From positions 608,001 to 672,000 of the forward strand of contig OY771555.1 in the NCBI GenBank assembly GCA_963674785.1: a stretch of DNA of 64,000 nucleotides, read 5' to 3'. This document shows positions 17,531 through 27,581 of this stretch, in pieces. The position numbers and the translations under genes are program-made. The stretch is from Caldisericia bacterium. Its GTDB lineage: Bacteria > Caldisericota > Caldisericia > JAAYUI01. Each line of letters begins with the position of its first letter. The first letter of the stretch is position 1. A model generated the notes under the pieces. It did not search any database. It was not told where the DNA came from and saw nothing but the letters and a program-made list of their open reading frames with translations.

Positions 17531-20197
17531 ATGAAAAAAACTTTTAGAGTTGCACTTTGTTTGTTGCTGGTAGTTGGGTTTATGTTTACAAACACCATTA
17601 ATGCAGAAGAAATGATCGAAACCCCAAGGTTTGTGTGCATAGTATACTCAGATCAAAACACAGTTCTATTATCATGGGAAAAGGTTCCTTTCGCGGAAGA
17701 CTATGTGATCTACAAGGATGGAGAAGAGTACAGCAGAACACACATAACAAACAGCGATTACTTTTCAGAAGTGGACATAGACATAGAAAAGGATACGCCC
17801 ATATTCTGTGTCGAGGCATATGATGTAGATGGAGAAAAGATTGCTGAGAGTATCGAAGCAAAAATAAATCCAGCACAGCTTTTAGAGCCCGGCGATCCGT
17901 TAAATATGAAATTCCAACTAGGAAACAAAACATACTGGATAAATGGTGGAGAAAAAGGAGAGATGGACACAGCACCGATTATCAAAAACGGAAGGTCTTT
18001 CCTTGTTATCAGGCACATAACGGAAGAGATCGGTGCATCAATATCATGGAATGGTGATGAAAAGATGGTCACCATAACAACAAAAGATAACAAAACTATC
18101 AGGCTTTGGATTGGAAAACCAACGGCTCATGTGGATGGTTACGAGGTTCAAATCGATGAAGACGATGAGATTGTTCCATTCATCTCAGAAGGAAGAACAC
18201 TTCTCCCTCTAAGATTTGTATCAGATAATCTTGGTGCAGACGAAGTACTTTGGAATGCTGACACGAAAGAGATTGAACTTGTTTGGGAAAACTTTTACAA
18301 AAAGTATCTAAGTGAGGTTTTAAAAACTGAAGAGGAAGACGGTAACGTAATACTTTCAAACGGGCATTTTTGGTTGATATTTGTAGGAAAAGACTCGGAG
18401 CTTGAGGGTGGGAAATACTATAGAATCGACCTTAAGTTTATTGATCAATCGACGACAAGATTCGAGTCACAGGGAGCAGAGGAAATCCTGATAGATGAAA
18501 ACAAAAAAATCATGGGTACGGTGATTTCCAACAAAGATAGAAAAATAGAGATCCGAAGTAAAAGTGGTGAAAAGATACCCTTAACATATGCAGAGTTTGA
18601 CTGTACCGCATATGGTATCTTAGAAAATTCAGTAATATCGGCCTTTTATGACGAAAATAAACAAATCACATATTGGCAGTACATCAGAAACGAAGCCCTC
18701 GAATCAGATCCAGCAACTGAAATAAAAGTGATGTTTTCAGGGGATATTGAATCCGATAGAGGATTCATAAAGATTCAACCAGAGCAGACCATTGAGGGTG
18801 AAAAGGAAGAGAAGATTCTCTTCATGGGAGATAATGAATTATCGGACTTCGAGAATGGCAAATTATACAAAATCACATATCAAACAAATTGGTTGGGAAG
18901 AGACATCGTATTAAAAACAGAAGAACTCGAACTAAAAAGGGAACTTAAACTATATAAATCAGATACGAGCAATCTTGAATTCAGAGAAGAACCGAATGCA
19001 GTTTTCGATTTTTCAGTTAAAAATGAATCAGATATAGACTTGGAAGTTGAATACTTTTGCAACGTGCCAGTCGAATTCAAAGGGTCAGTAAAACTCACAG
19101 CACAAAGCGAACTGCTCAAAAAGAACCAAGCAAAAAAAATCAAAGTAGTAATATACCCTGAAAACACTCCACCAGGTGAATACACTTTGATATATGGTGG
19201 AAAATCAGATGAATTGATCGTTTCGGAGGAAATCAAAATCAGCATTCTAAAAGATGAAACTGACTACGAGATAACATTCCCAGAGAAAATTATAGTTCCA
19301 TCGAATTTTTCAAGATTTGAGGTTATGTGCAAAGCAAAAAACAATTCAAAAGAAGACGTAACATTTAGATGTATCAGCGACATTGACCCAAACATAACAA
19401 TTAGCTATCTGAAAAGAAATCTTACAATTGGCGGAAAAAAGGAAGTAGATTTCCCAATAACAGTCGAACTAGGTGAACATTTTAGAAAAAGGACAGGTGA
19501 GCAAAAGACCATCTCTGTAGGATGCGAAGATAGTTTCGCGAAAAAAGTATTTGTGGGAAAGGTTCTGTTTGATGCCCCAATATTTCCGCAAACAAAAGTT
19601 AAAGTTACTAGCGAAGAAGAAGACTGGATAATCGACGCTGATATCAACTGGAATGGGCTACAACCAGGAGTAATTAATCTAAAAAGAGTAAGTCCTCTGC
19701 TAAGAGGGATAAGTGACGAAAAAGCCGAAAACCATTATGATGTTGAGCTCCCACTTAAAATCGAAAAGAATGATAATGCCGGGATAGAAACACTTGTTCT
19801 AGAAATAAATTCACATGATAACCAGGTCTCAAGCCAAGCATTCGAAACTGTATATAAAAGCAGTTCAATCAGGAAAATTACAGAGGTTTTATCCGATCCC
19901 GATATTTCAATCGATGACAGAGAAGTAATTATTGACTTCGATACTCTTGAAAAGGAATTGAAAAACTTTGAACAACTAGACATGTATATGGATGTTTTTT
20001 GGGGAGACAATACAACATCAACTGAAAGTATCCCATACTCAAATCGATATAAAAACTTGGAATTCAAACATAAATATGATGAACCACTTTCAAAAAGAGC
20101 AAACGAAAACTTTTACGTTTATGTTAGTTTGTATGCAGGAAGCGAAAACAACAAGTCGATTTTCGACGTAAAGAGGATTGACATCGCATTGGACTAA
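17531..20197 (+). CDS. secreted stalk-domain protein, paralogue 3
   Basis: Same motifs; ATG 17531 after GGAGAGGA begins a signal peptide. Confidence 0.8.
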   Translation: MKKTFRVALCLLLVVGFMFTNTINAEEMIETPRFVCIVYSDQNTVLLSWEKVPFAEDYVIYKDGEEYSRTHITNSDYFSEVDIDIEKDTPIFCVEAYDVDGEKIAESIEAKINPAQLLEPGDPLNMKFQLGNKTYWINGGEKGEMDTAPIIKNGRSFLVIRHITEEIGASISWNGDEKMVTITTKDNKTIRLWIGKPTAHVDGYEVQIDEDDEIVPFISEGRTLLPLRFVSDNLGADEVLWNADTKEIELVWENFYKKYLSEVLKTEEEDGNVILSNGHFWLIFVGKDSELEGGKYYRIDLKFIDQSTTRFESQGAEEILIDENKKIMGTVISNKDRKIEIRSKSGEKIPLTYAEFDCTAYGILENSVISAFYDENKQITYWQYIRNEALESDPATEIKVMFSGDIESDRGFIKIQPEQTIEGEKEEKILFMGDNELSDFENGKLYKITYQTNWLGRDIVLKTEELELKRELKLYKSDTSNLEFREEPNAVFDFSVKNESDIDLEVEYFCNVPVEFKGSVKLTAQSELLKKNQAKKIKVVIYPENTPPGEYTLIYGGKSDELIVSEEIKISILKDETDYEITFPEKIIVPSNFSRFEVMCKAKNNSKEDVTFRCISDIDPNITISYLKRNLTIGGKKEVDFPITVELGEHFRKRTGEQKTISVGCEDSFAKKVFVGKVLFDAPIFPQTKVKVTSEEEDWIIDADINWNGLQPGVINLKRVSPLLRGISDEKAENHYDVELPLKIEKNDNAGIETLVLEINSHDNQVSSQAFETVYKSSSIRKITEVLSDPDISIDDREVIIDFDTLEKELKNFEQLDMYMDVFWGDNTTSTESIPYSNRYKNLEFKHKYDEPLSKRANENFYVYVSLYAGSENNKSIFDVKRIDIALD

Positions 20198-20198
20198 G

Positions 20199-20230
20199 AA
20201 AAAAAGGGGTAGCTTTATGCTACCCCTCTC
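20199..20230. terminator. intrinsic terminator between convergent genes
   Basis: AGGGGTAGC-TTTAT-GCTACCCCT with A7 on the left (U-tract on minus strand). Confidence 0.8.
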
Positions 20231-20249
20231 ATAATTTTATTCAATAATA

Positions 20250-22793
20250 TCAATCGATACCAATTCCAAGCATTTTAACAACGTCATCGATACAGGCAAC
20301 ATCGAAAACATCAGGAATTGGGATATGGTGACCCGGATGACCAGCACGTTTCAAAAGCATATCAAGGTAATCCCATTTGTTATCGTGTGGGATAAATACG
20401 GCTTTAACACCCTTTTCATTTGTAGCTTCAATCTTTTCCTTAATCCCACCGACAGCCAAAACACGACCCATGGAGGAGATTTCACCGGTCATTGTGATTT
20501 CGCGTGGTAGCGGTTTGCCAGTGTACGCAGAAATCATGGCAAGTGCGATTGGAAGACCTGCAGATGGGCCATCGTACTTTGGATGCCATCCGGGGACATC
20601 AACATGCATGACTCTGTCATCTCGAGGCATAAGCCCTTTTTTGGTCAAATACCTGAGGAAGAATTTATAAGCAACTTTGATACTATTAACAAAGGAATCC
20701 CCGAGGTTTCCAGTGATTTCATAACCACCTTTTCCCGGAAGATACGATACCTCAATTTTCCCAATAGAACCAATTGAAAAATATCTTTTAGGAACACCTG
20801 CGGAATCACCATCAGGACGGAGAATTTGTGGAGCATAAACGGATAAAACCTTAACTTCACCAGGATAGTCGCATGTGCTAGTTCTGTCGAAATTCAGTTC
20901 TTTTTTTGGAAGCCCCTCAAGGAGCTTTTGAGATTTTTCTTTTTCTCCCGCTTCCTCATAGAGGTTTGCAAGATATTCGTTTGCCATTGGAACTTTTTTT
21001 GAAATATCTTTCAGTTTCTCGGCATACTTAATCGCTGATTCAAGATATTCGGGTGAGGAGAAAAGAAGATTGCTATAAAGTTGGTGGTATGACCTTGAAA
21101 TCCAGAAATTGGAAAGGTCTCTGTATACACCCTCAGTTTTTGTAGATTTCATAAAAGACCTGATAGCAAGGAGATACTCCTTCTTCATGTAATAAACATG
21201 GCTTAGATAGTAGTTTGATTCAATATTTCTTGGGTCTTTCTCAACAGCAATTGCCAGAAGTTCACTTGCCTCATCAAGGGCAAAATCAGAACCAATAATC
21301 TTTGCTTCCTTAAGGTATATCTTTGCAAGCTTGACAATTACTCTCAAATCATAAGGGAGAATTGCTTTTGCACTTGCCAAATATTGTTCACCTTCAGCAA
21401 TCCAGCCAAATTTGATGGCAATTTCTGATGCCTGAATGAGAGCTTCAACAGTATAGTTTGTGTTTACAATACGATCATTGATTATGCTTCTAAAGTGGGA
21501 GTATGCCTGAATATTGTCACCCTCTTCCACAAAAGCAAGACCAAGATTCAACTTTGCAAGGTGATTACCAGGATCAAGTTTCAGTGCTTTCTCGTAATAA
21601 GATTTTGCATCAGGATGACCATATTTTCCAAGAAGGAAACCCATCTTCAGGTGAGCATCAGCACTGTTTGGAGATGAAGCGAGGTAACGCTTCATGCAGG
21701 CAACAGAGGCTGATACAAGCTTTGTATATAGTGTTTCCTTCCGAGCTTCAAACTCTTCTTTCTCGACTGGTTTTAAACCGATCCCAGTTTTACACCTCTG
21801 TGCAAGGTCTGAGGCAACATTTGATAAATAGGTTGAAAACTCTGGGGACATCGATACTTGAGGATTATTCCATGAATCATAGATGTATCGAGCCAAACCA
21901 TAATCATCAAAATCTAAGCACAGTGCGGAAAGAATATCAATGACTGCAGCATCAAGTGGATGGGCTTTCGCACGCATCTTGTTGAAAAGATCATCGCTTG
22001 GAAAAAAGATTGTGAATCGAATAAAAAACGACAAAAGAGTATTCATAATCTCAAAGGAACGTTCTTTTTTAAGTGATTCCTCAAGAATATCTCTCAAAGT
22101 ATCTGGTTTTGGATAGAAGAAATTGCAATACAAAGAAAGAATGTTGAATGCAAACTCATTGTCAGGATATTCTTGGATTGATTTATAGATATTATCCAAG
22201 GCCTTGTCACAAGAACGATTTTTTAGGTCATCTGACTGGATATCAAAATAAGCAGCAGCGAGGTACTTGTCTTTATCATCAACATCTGCAAGCTTTTCAT
22301 GAAGCGGCAGGATATCATCAATCTGATTCTGATGTTTGAAATAATCAGCTCTCATCATAAGAGTTTGTGAAGTAACTCCATATTTGTCTTCATACCTTGC
22401 TATCTCTGGGAGTGCTTGGTCAGCCATTTCCTTTTCTCTGAACATGAGAAGTTTGATTCGCAAGTCAGTATCATCAGAAGGTGAAAGTTCAAGTATCTTC
22501 TTTGATGTGTCGTCTTTCATCTGAGTATACTTAACAAGGATCGAGGCGTCTTGTTTATCAAAATACTCAGCACTAAGCTGCAAAATCATCTTTGAGTATC
22601 TGTTGCAATTAAAGAGGATTTTCAGGCTTTTCGGAAACTTTGTAATAACATCCATACCAACAGCCAAAAACTTCTCATACTGATTCTGAAAACCGGCTAA
22701 AAAAGCGATTAGTTCGAGAGCAGACTGCTCATCCTGTTTAATATTATATCGTTCCTCGAGAGTCCCAAATCTTATAAGATTCATTTTATCCAT
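20250..22793 (-). CDS. TPR-repeat protein with C-terminal Lon-type (S16) protease domain, no AAA+ module
   Basis: TPR-like repeats (YEKALKLDPGNHLAKLNLG); HVDVP..KYDGPSAG, MTGEIS, VGGIKEK; no Walker A seen. Confidence 0.85.
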   Translation of the reverse strand: MDKMNLIRFGTLEERYNIKQDEQSALELIAFLAGFQNQYEKFLAVGMDVITKFPKSLKILFNCNRYSKMILQLSAEYFDKQDASILVKYTQMKDDTSKKILELSPSDDTDLRIKLLMFREKEMADQALPEIARYEDKYGVTSQTLMMRADYFKHQNQIDDILPLHEKLADVDDKDKYLAAAYFDIQSDDLKNRSCDKALDNIYKSIQEYPDNEFAFNILSLYCNFFYPKPDTLRDILEESLKKERSFEIMNTLLSFFIRFTIFFPSDDLFNKMRAKAHPLDAAVIDILSALCLDFDDYGLARYIYDSWNNPQVSMSPEFSTYLSNVASDLAQRCKTGIGLKPVEKEEFEARKETLYTKLVSASVACMKRYLASSPNSADAHLKMGFLLGKYGHPDAKSYYEKALKLDPGNHLAKLNLGLAFVEEGDNIQAYSHFRSIINDRIVNTNYTVEALIQASEIAIKFGWIAEGEQYLASAKAILPYDLRVIVKLAKIYLKEAKIIGSDFALDEASELLAIAVEKDPRNIESNYYLSHVYYMKKEYLLAIRSFMKSTKTEGVYRDLSNFWISRSYHQLYSNLLFSSPEYLESAIKYAEKLKDISKKVPMANEYLANLYEEAGEKEKSQKLLEGLPKKELNFDRTSTCDYPGEVKVLSVYAPQILRPDGDSAGVPKRYFSIGSIGKIEVSYLPGKGGYEITGNLGDSFVNSIKVAYKFFLRYLTKKGLMPRDDRVMHVDVPGWHPKYDGPSAGLPIALAMISAYTGKPLPREITMTGEISSMGRVLAVGGIKEKIEATNEKGVKAVFIPHDNKWDYLDMLLKRAGHPGHHIPIPDVFDVACIDDVVKMLGIGID

Positions 22794-22879
22794 GGATTAA
22801 TGATATGAACTAAAGGATTAAGATACAAGCGAGAAAAAGCGACGCTAGTCAAGATGGATCGAATTTGAATTGTTATTGT

Positions 22880-23452
22880 CTACTTTGAAACATCCTTAAA
22901 TCTGAGGGTATTAAGCATCAAAAGAAGATCATCATTGTAGAATTCACCAGCAACATCTTCACTTGATGTCTCAGTTGTTATGATAAAAAGATCATCACCA
23001 ACAATGCAGTCATGGACTGTGACGATATAGGATGTTTCACCCCAGGACTCAGGAGATGCCGAGAATCGGGTTCTTGAAAAACTTTTTTTACCAATCTTTA
23101 GAGGCTCAAGCTCATCTCTGGAACTAAAAAGCGGCATCATGTTGTCGAGCATCTGGGCAACGGTGATCTCTTCGTCATTTACGATGAATGTTTCAGAATC
23201 AGGGTAGATTCGAAATCTTATTTTATCAAAGGTCTGTTTCACAACCTTTTTTTCATAAAACACTTCAAATGAGCCATCATCATATTTACTGTTTCGGGTT
23301 AGGTACCAGAACCTTGGAACAGACATCTCAAAGGCGTCATGAGTAAAAACCTTCTCGTTTGGATTAGCATCACCTGAACCACAGGAGACAAAAGAGAACA
23401 ACATAAGAGCAATTAACGAAGCAGAACATATTTTTTTCATAATTTCATCCAC
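22880..23452 (-). CDS. lipoprotein of unknown function
   Basis: Lipobox FVS-C; C-terminal domain resembles the adjacent lipoprotein. Confidence 0.7.
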   Translation of the reverse strand: MDEIMKKICSASLIALMLFSFVSCGSGDANPNEKVFTHDAFEMSVPRFWYLTRNSKYDDGSFEVFYEKKVVKQTFDKIRFRIYPDSETFIVNDEEITVAQMLDNMMPLFSSRDELEPLKIGKKSFSRTRFSASPESWGETSYIVTVHDCIVGDDLFIITTETSSEDVAGEFYNDDLLLMLNTLRFKDVSK

Positions 23453-24211
23453 CTATTCACCATCTAAATCAGAATCATCAGATTTTTCAACATCTTTAAA
23501 GACCATTGAATTTATCATATTCCAGCCATCCTCTGAGTAATAGTCATGTACGAGATTTTCTTCATGAGTGCCTGTTGCAATAAGAAAAGAATCATCATCA
23601 ACAACCGCAAAATGAATCACAGACATGGCAAGCTCTTCCTCATTGACATCACGAAGTTCAAGTGTCTTAAACCTTGAAAATTTGTGTCCATCAAGTTCAA
23701 TTGGAGAGATAATCTCAACATCATCAAAGATTTCCTGAAACTTCGCAAGGATTTTTTCGTCTGTGAAGGGTCCTGGCATATCCCAAATAGTCTCTGCATC
23801 GGGGAAGATATTTGTGTAAACCATGTCCATATAAACACCATCTACAAACTTGTCTGCCTGGATGAAATAAAAATCTTCCTTTTTTTCAGTCATGTCCGCG
23901 ATCACCCAGCGGTTCGGGTAGAGCATCTCAAGACCTTCACCCACAAAATAAGTTTTTCCGTCAACCTCTTTTGTTGTGCTCACAATTTCAAGAGTGTCAT
24001 CATCTTTCTTGTCGGATTCTTTTTTGAATTTCTCAGCAATTTCGGCGGAATCTAAATCTGAATGCATAGCAATATCATCTTCTTTTTCAATATCTTCTGA
24101 AACATTTACCGAATCGGAAACTTCAAAATCTGATTCTTGTTGAGTGTTTCCACAGGCGGAAACACCAACAACAAGTGTCAGAGTGAGTAATAGTATCGAA
24201 AATCTCTTCAT
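23453..24211 (-). CDS. acidic lipoprotein of unknown function
   Basis: Lipobox VSA-C; acidic linker; shares FSR..VDDD/GDD.F.I.T pattern with the neighbour. Confidence 0.7.
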   Translation of the reverse strand: MKRFSILLLTLTLVVGVSACGNTQQESDFEVSDSVNVSEDIEKEDDIAMHSDLDSAEIAEKFKKESDKKDDDTLEIVSTTKEVDGKTYFVGEGLEMLYPNRWVIADMTEKKEDFYFIQADKFVDGVYMDMVYTNIFPDAETIWDMPGPFTDEKILAKFQEIFDDVEIISPIELDGHKFSRFKTLELRDVNEEELAMSVIHFAVVDDDSFLIATGTHEENLVHDYYSEDGWNMINSMVFKDVEKSDDSDLDGE

Positions 24212-24720
24212 AACCGTTTATCTCTCCTATAAATGCTCTTTACAACAGAGCCATCAATAACCTCAGTTGAAATATGATTCAGATTCATCATTTTATCAAG
24301 ACTTCCAAAAAGTGGAATCCCGGATCCAAGCAGAACTGGAATTCGATGAATAATCATCTCATCAATGAGGTCATGGGCTAGAAACGATCGGATCGTTTTG
24401 CCTCCATCGATACGAATATTATTGATACCCTCCCACTCAAGTTCCCTTATGATGCCAACCAGGTCTCCGCCTACAATTTCCATCTTTCCATAGAGACGTT
24501 CTGGAACGGGGGAGAGAGAATTTGAAAGAACAAAAACTGGAATTTTGTATGGCCAGTTTATCTCTTGCACCAGAACCTCAAAGGTGTTTCTTCCCATAAT
24601 GATAGCATCTATTCGAGATTCACTTTGTGGAAAAGGAAGTCCTATCCAATCCGTTGAGTAATCAGGGGTTGCAATATATCCATCTAGGCTTTGAAATACT
24701 GAACAAAAAAATATGCACAC
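24208..24720 (-). CDS. dihydrofolate reductase / RibD C-terminal family protein
   Basis: SLDGYIA, MGRNTFE, IDGG, LIDEMII, PVLLGSGIPLF motifs. Confidence 0.85.
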   Translation of the reverse strand: MCIFFCSVFQSLDGYIATPDYSTDWIGLPFPQSESRIDAIIMGRNTFEVLVQEINWPYKIPVFVLSNSLSPVPERLYGKMEIVGGDLVGIIRELEWEGINNIRIDGGKTIRSFLAHDLIDEMIIHRIPVLLGSGIPLFGSLDKMMNLNHISTEVIDGSVVKSIYRRDKRL

Positions 24721-25041
24721 GTTGATTTTGGTGGAAAACTATGGAGAAATCAAGTTTTGCTAAAAAAACAAAATTGGATAACAGAATCAAGGGTGTAGCA
24801 AAATAAGCATTCGGTTACGTCTACGGAAGAATAATGGGTCGCATAATCCGAACTTTACAAAAGTTTACAAGTTCATATGTATCAACTAATAGTTAATGAG
24901 ATAAACAACCAAGAAGAGGAGTGATTTTCCAAAAGCTTGAAACACAAAACAATAAAACATCAGATATATTTCAAATCAAAAGGATAAGGAAACAAGGAAA
25001 GAATTATAGTTAAATTACTATATTAGAGAAAACTGAAAAAA

Positions 25042-25176
25042 TGTGGATAACTGTGAAACAACCAGTGAAACAGGGTTATTCAACATGGTTACAATATTGG
25101 ATAATAAAGAATCCTTTTATAGATGGTGTTTTGTATACATGTCACTTATCCACACTGTTACTAACAGTGTGGATAT
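25042..25176. promoter_or_regulatory. DnaA-box cluster 1
   Basis: TGTGGATAA 25042, TTATCCACA 25146, TGTGGATAT 25168 in a 477-bp AT-rich intergenic region. Confidence 0.7.
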
Positions 25177-25197
25177 GGTATGAATGCTAAAAACCCG

Positions 25198-26772
25198 CTA
25201 CAGTAGAGGGGCGAGAAAATCCAATTTGCCATCATGTATCATATTTTCAATATTTCTTATATGTGGAGAAATCGGTTCATCGGTATAAAGGAAAGGAACA
25301 ACGTCCCTGACTGCAAAAAATGCCTTTTTTGTAAGCTCTGATAGACCTTCATTTTCGTTTATTTTGTCTTCCATCGCTCTGAATGTTATCGCTTGACAGG
25401 CAGTCAAAATTTCTATTGCTACAACCGAAAGATAATTTTCTGCAATCTCAAGAAGTTTGAAAGCAGAAACAGGTGCCATCGATACATGGTCTTCCTGCCC
25501 TTCGCATGTTGGAATAGTATCTACAGACCCCGGAAAACACATCGATTTTGCGTGTGATACAAGGTTTGCTGCCGTATATTGTGCAATCATGAGACCTGAT
25601 GAAACCCCAGGATCACTTGTCAAAAATGAAGGAAGCCCAGAAAACCTGTTTGTGATAAGTCTAAAAACCCTTCTTTCAGAAATTGATGCGAGGTCAACTG
25701 CGGCAACTGAGGCAATATCTGAGGCATGGGCAATTGGTGCGCCATGAAAGTTTCCACCAGAAATCGAATCGAGAGTGTCATCACTTCCTTCAAAAAGAAG
25801 TGGGTTATCGGTAGCACTGTTCATCTCAGTTGAAAGTATCTGGTCACTCAGTTTCAAAATATCATAAGCAGAACCTGCAACCTGCGGGAAACACCTGAAA
25901 GAATAGGCATCCTGAACACGAGTCTTTTCCGTATCGAGAAATTTGCTACCTGAGATTACTTTTCTGATAACATCAGAAATCAAAGTCTGTCCCGGATGAG
26001 GACGAACGTCATGTACTCTGGAATCATAGGCTGATGTATTGCCATTGATAGCTTGAAGTGAAAGACCAAAAGCCAGGAGGGATACGGAAAATGCTTTTTT
26101 GATGACATCAAGAGCGTGCCCAGAAACAGAGTTTGAGACCTGGCAACCATTATTTAAAGCCAGGCCTTCTTTAGCCTGAAGTTTTACAGGTTTGAGTCCC
26201 TTGAATTTCAAGGCTTCAAAGGACTTCATCTCAGTCCATGTTCCATCAGAAACCTTTACATCAACCATCGGCTGATACTCTGAGTCTCCATCTTCAATCA
26301 TGGCTAGTGCCATAGCGGAAAGAAGGGCAAGGTCTCCAGATGCACCAACGGAACCATATTTTGGAATCTGAGGATATATGTCATTATTTAGCATATCACG
26401 GATAAGATTTGCGATGTCTATCCTTACCCCAGAATGACCAAGAGAAAGGGTATTGAGCCTCAGAATCATTGCACCCCTGACAAACTCAATTGGCAGCAGT
26501 TCACCGGTTCCTGCAGTGTGACTTCTAATGAGGTTTTTCTGAAGCTGTTCAAGTTTGTCGGCATCAATTTTGATTTCAGAAAGAGAACCGAAACCGGTGT
26601 TGATACCGTAGATCACCCGGTCTCTTTTAAGGGTGTTCTCAAGACCCTCACGGCATTTTTTTATGCGACCTATTGCATCCACCGAAAGCTCGATTTCTAT
26701 GTCAAAATTTGAGGAAAGATGTGAAAGAATCGAAGTATTTAAATCATGTCCTGTTAATGTGACTTTGTTCAT
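25198..26772 (-). CDS. hutH: histidine ammonia-lyase (MIO-dependent aromatic amino acid lyase family)
   Basis: YGINTGFG, LIRSH, GSVGASGDL (MIO), QDAYSFRC, SGGNFHG, QEDHVSM. Confidence 0.88.
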   Translation of the reverse strand: MNKVTLTGHDLNTSILSHLSSNFDIEIELSVDAIGRIKKCREGLENTLKRDRVIYGINTGFGSLSEIKIDADKLEQLQKNLIRSHTAGTGELLPIEFVRGAMILRLNTLSLGHSGVRIDIANLIRDMLNNDIYPQIPKYGSVGASGDLALLSAMALAMIEDGDSEYQPMVDVKVSDGTWTEMKSFEALKFKGLKPVKLQAKEGLALNNGCQVSNSVSGHALDVIKKAFSVSLLAFGLSLQAINGNTSAYDSRVHDVRPHPGQTLISDVIRKVISGSKFLDTEKTRVQDAYSFRCFPQVAGSAYDILKLSDQILSTEMNSATDNPLLFEGSDDTLDSISGGNFHGAPIAHASDIASVAAVDLASISERRVFRLITNRFSGLPSFLTSDPGVSSGLMIAQYTAANLVSHAKSMCFPGSVDTIPTCEGQEDHVSMAPVSAFKLLEIAENYLSVVAIEILTACQAITFRAMEDKINENEGLSELTKKAFFAVRDVVPFLYTDEPISPHIRNIENMIHDGKLDFLAPLL

Positions 26773-26786
26773 ATATTATTCCTTTT

Positions 26787-27446
26787 TTATACCCATGTTT
26801 TTGGTTTATGTATTTTTGTTCCGTCTGGCAAAATAATAGTATTGGGAAACTGAGAGTTAGCAATATCTGTATTTTTCATGGTTATACACTTATTCCCAAC
26901 TTCATTCATAAGCACTTTGTTCCTTTTGTCAGGAAAAATTAGAAACACATCCTTATTCGGATTTTTAAAAACATGCTTCACTTTTCTTATTGCAGGAGCT
27001 AAATCAGTGTCTCCACCAAGAAGATACGCTCTTTTATAATTATTTTTGTATGCATCAACAAGCATCTCACACGCTATATTCACATCGGTCAGTTTTTCTT
27101 TGGGTATTGAAAACTTATGATCACAGTATGGGGCGATATTTTTCGGTTTTTTGCATTCCCTGATTTCATTAAAGAAATAACCATAAATCACACTTATCCC
27201 CGTTGACTCAAGAGCTGCGACATAAGTCCTATGACGAAGCTCTTTAGAAGCGTTTACGGTTGGGATGCTTGTAAAATATTTTACACCAACAAGTTGTTCA
27301 TCCGGTCGCAATATCTTTACCAGGTAGTTCTTAATATCGAACCAAATATACTTTCTTTCACACCCTAATTTCTTGAATTTCCGCCTAAGACTAAAATAAA
27401 GATTGAACCCGTCAACATAACACAAAACGTTCTTCACAAAAACCAC
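26787..27446 (-). CDS. NYN (LabA/DUF88, PIN-like) domain ribonuclease
   Basis: YVDGFNLYF, EKLTDVNIA, GGDTDLAP acidic catalytic motifs. Confidence 0.88.
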   Translation of the reverse strand: MVFVKNVLCYVDGFNLYFSLRRKFKKLGCERKYIWFDIKNYLVKILRPDEQLVGVKYFTSIPTVNASKELRHRTYVAALESTGISVIYGYFFNEIRECKKPKNIAPYCDHKFSIPKEKLTDVNIACEMLVDAYKNNYKRAYLLGGDTDLAPAIRKVKHVFKNPNKDVFLIFPDKRNKVLMNEVGNKCITMKNTDIANSQFPNTIILPDGTKIHKPKTWV

Positions 27447-27459
27447 CTACAATTATCGC

Positions 27460-27509
27460 TTGACTAACATCTAATCCCTCAGTATACTATTATTAGCCTT
27501 ATTGGTCAA
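27460..27509. promoter_or_regulatory. symmetric bidirectional sigma70-type promoter
   Basis: Plus: TTGACT(27460)-17bp-TATACT(27483); minus: TTGACC(27509)-17bp-TATACT(27486); both use palindrome AGTATACT. Confidence 0.8.
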
Positions 27510-27546
27510 TTGGCCAACTCGCCCTCGCTCGGGGGCATTTTTGTTT
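27495..27546 (+). ncRNA. candidate ~50-nt small RNA divergent from the NYN gene
   Basis: Near-consensus promoter upstream, hairpin TTGGTC-AATT-GGCCAA, then GCCCTC-GCTC-GGGGGC-ATTTTTGTTT terminator-like hairpin; no ORF. Confidence 0.45.
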
Positions 27547-27581
27547 CAGGCAAAATCTTCCAAGGATCTAAAAAACCCCGC

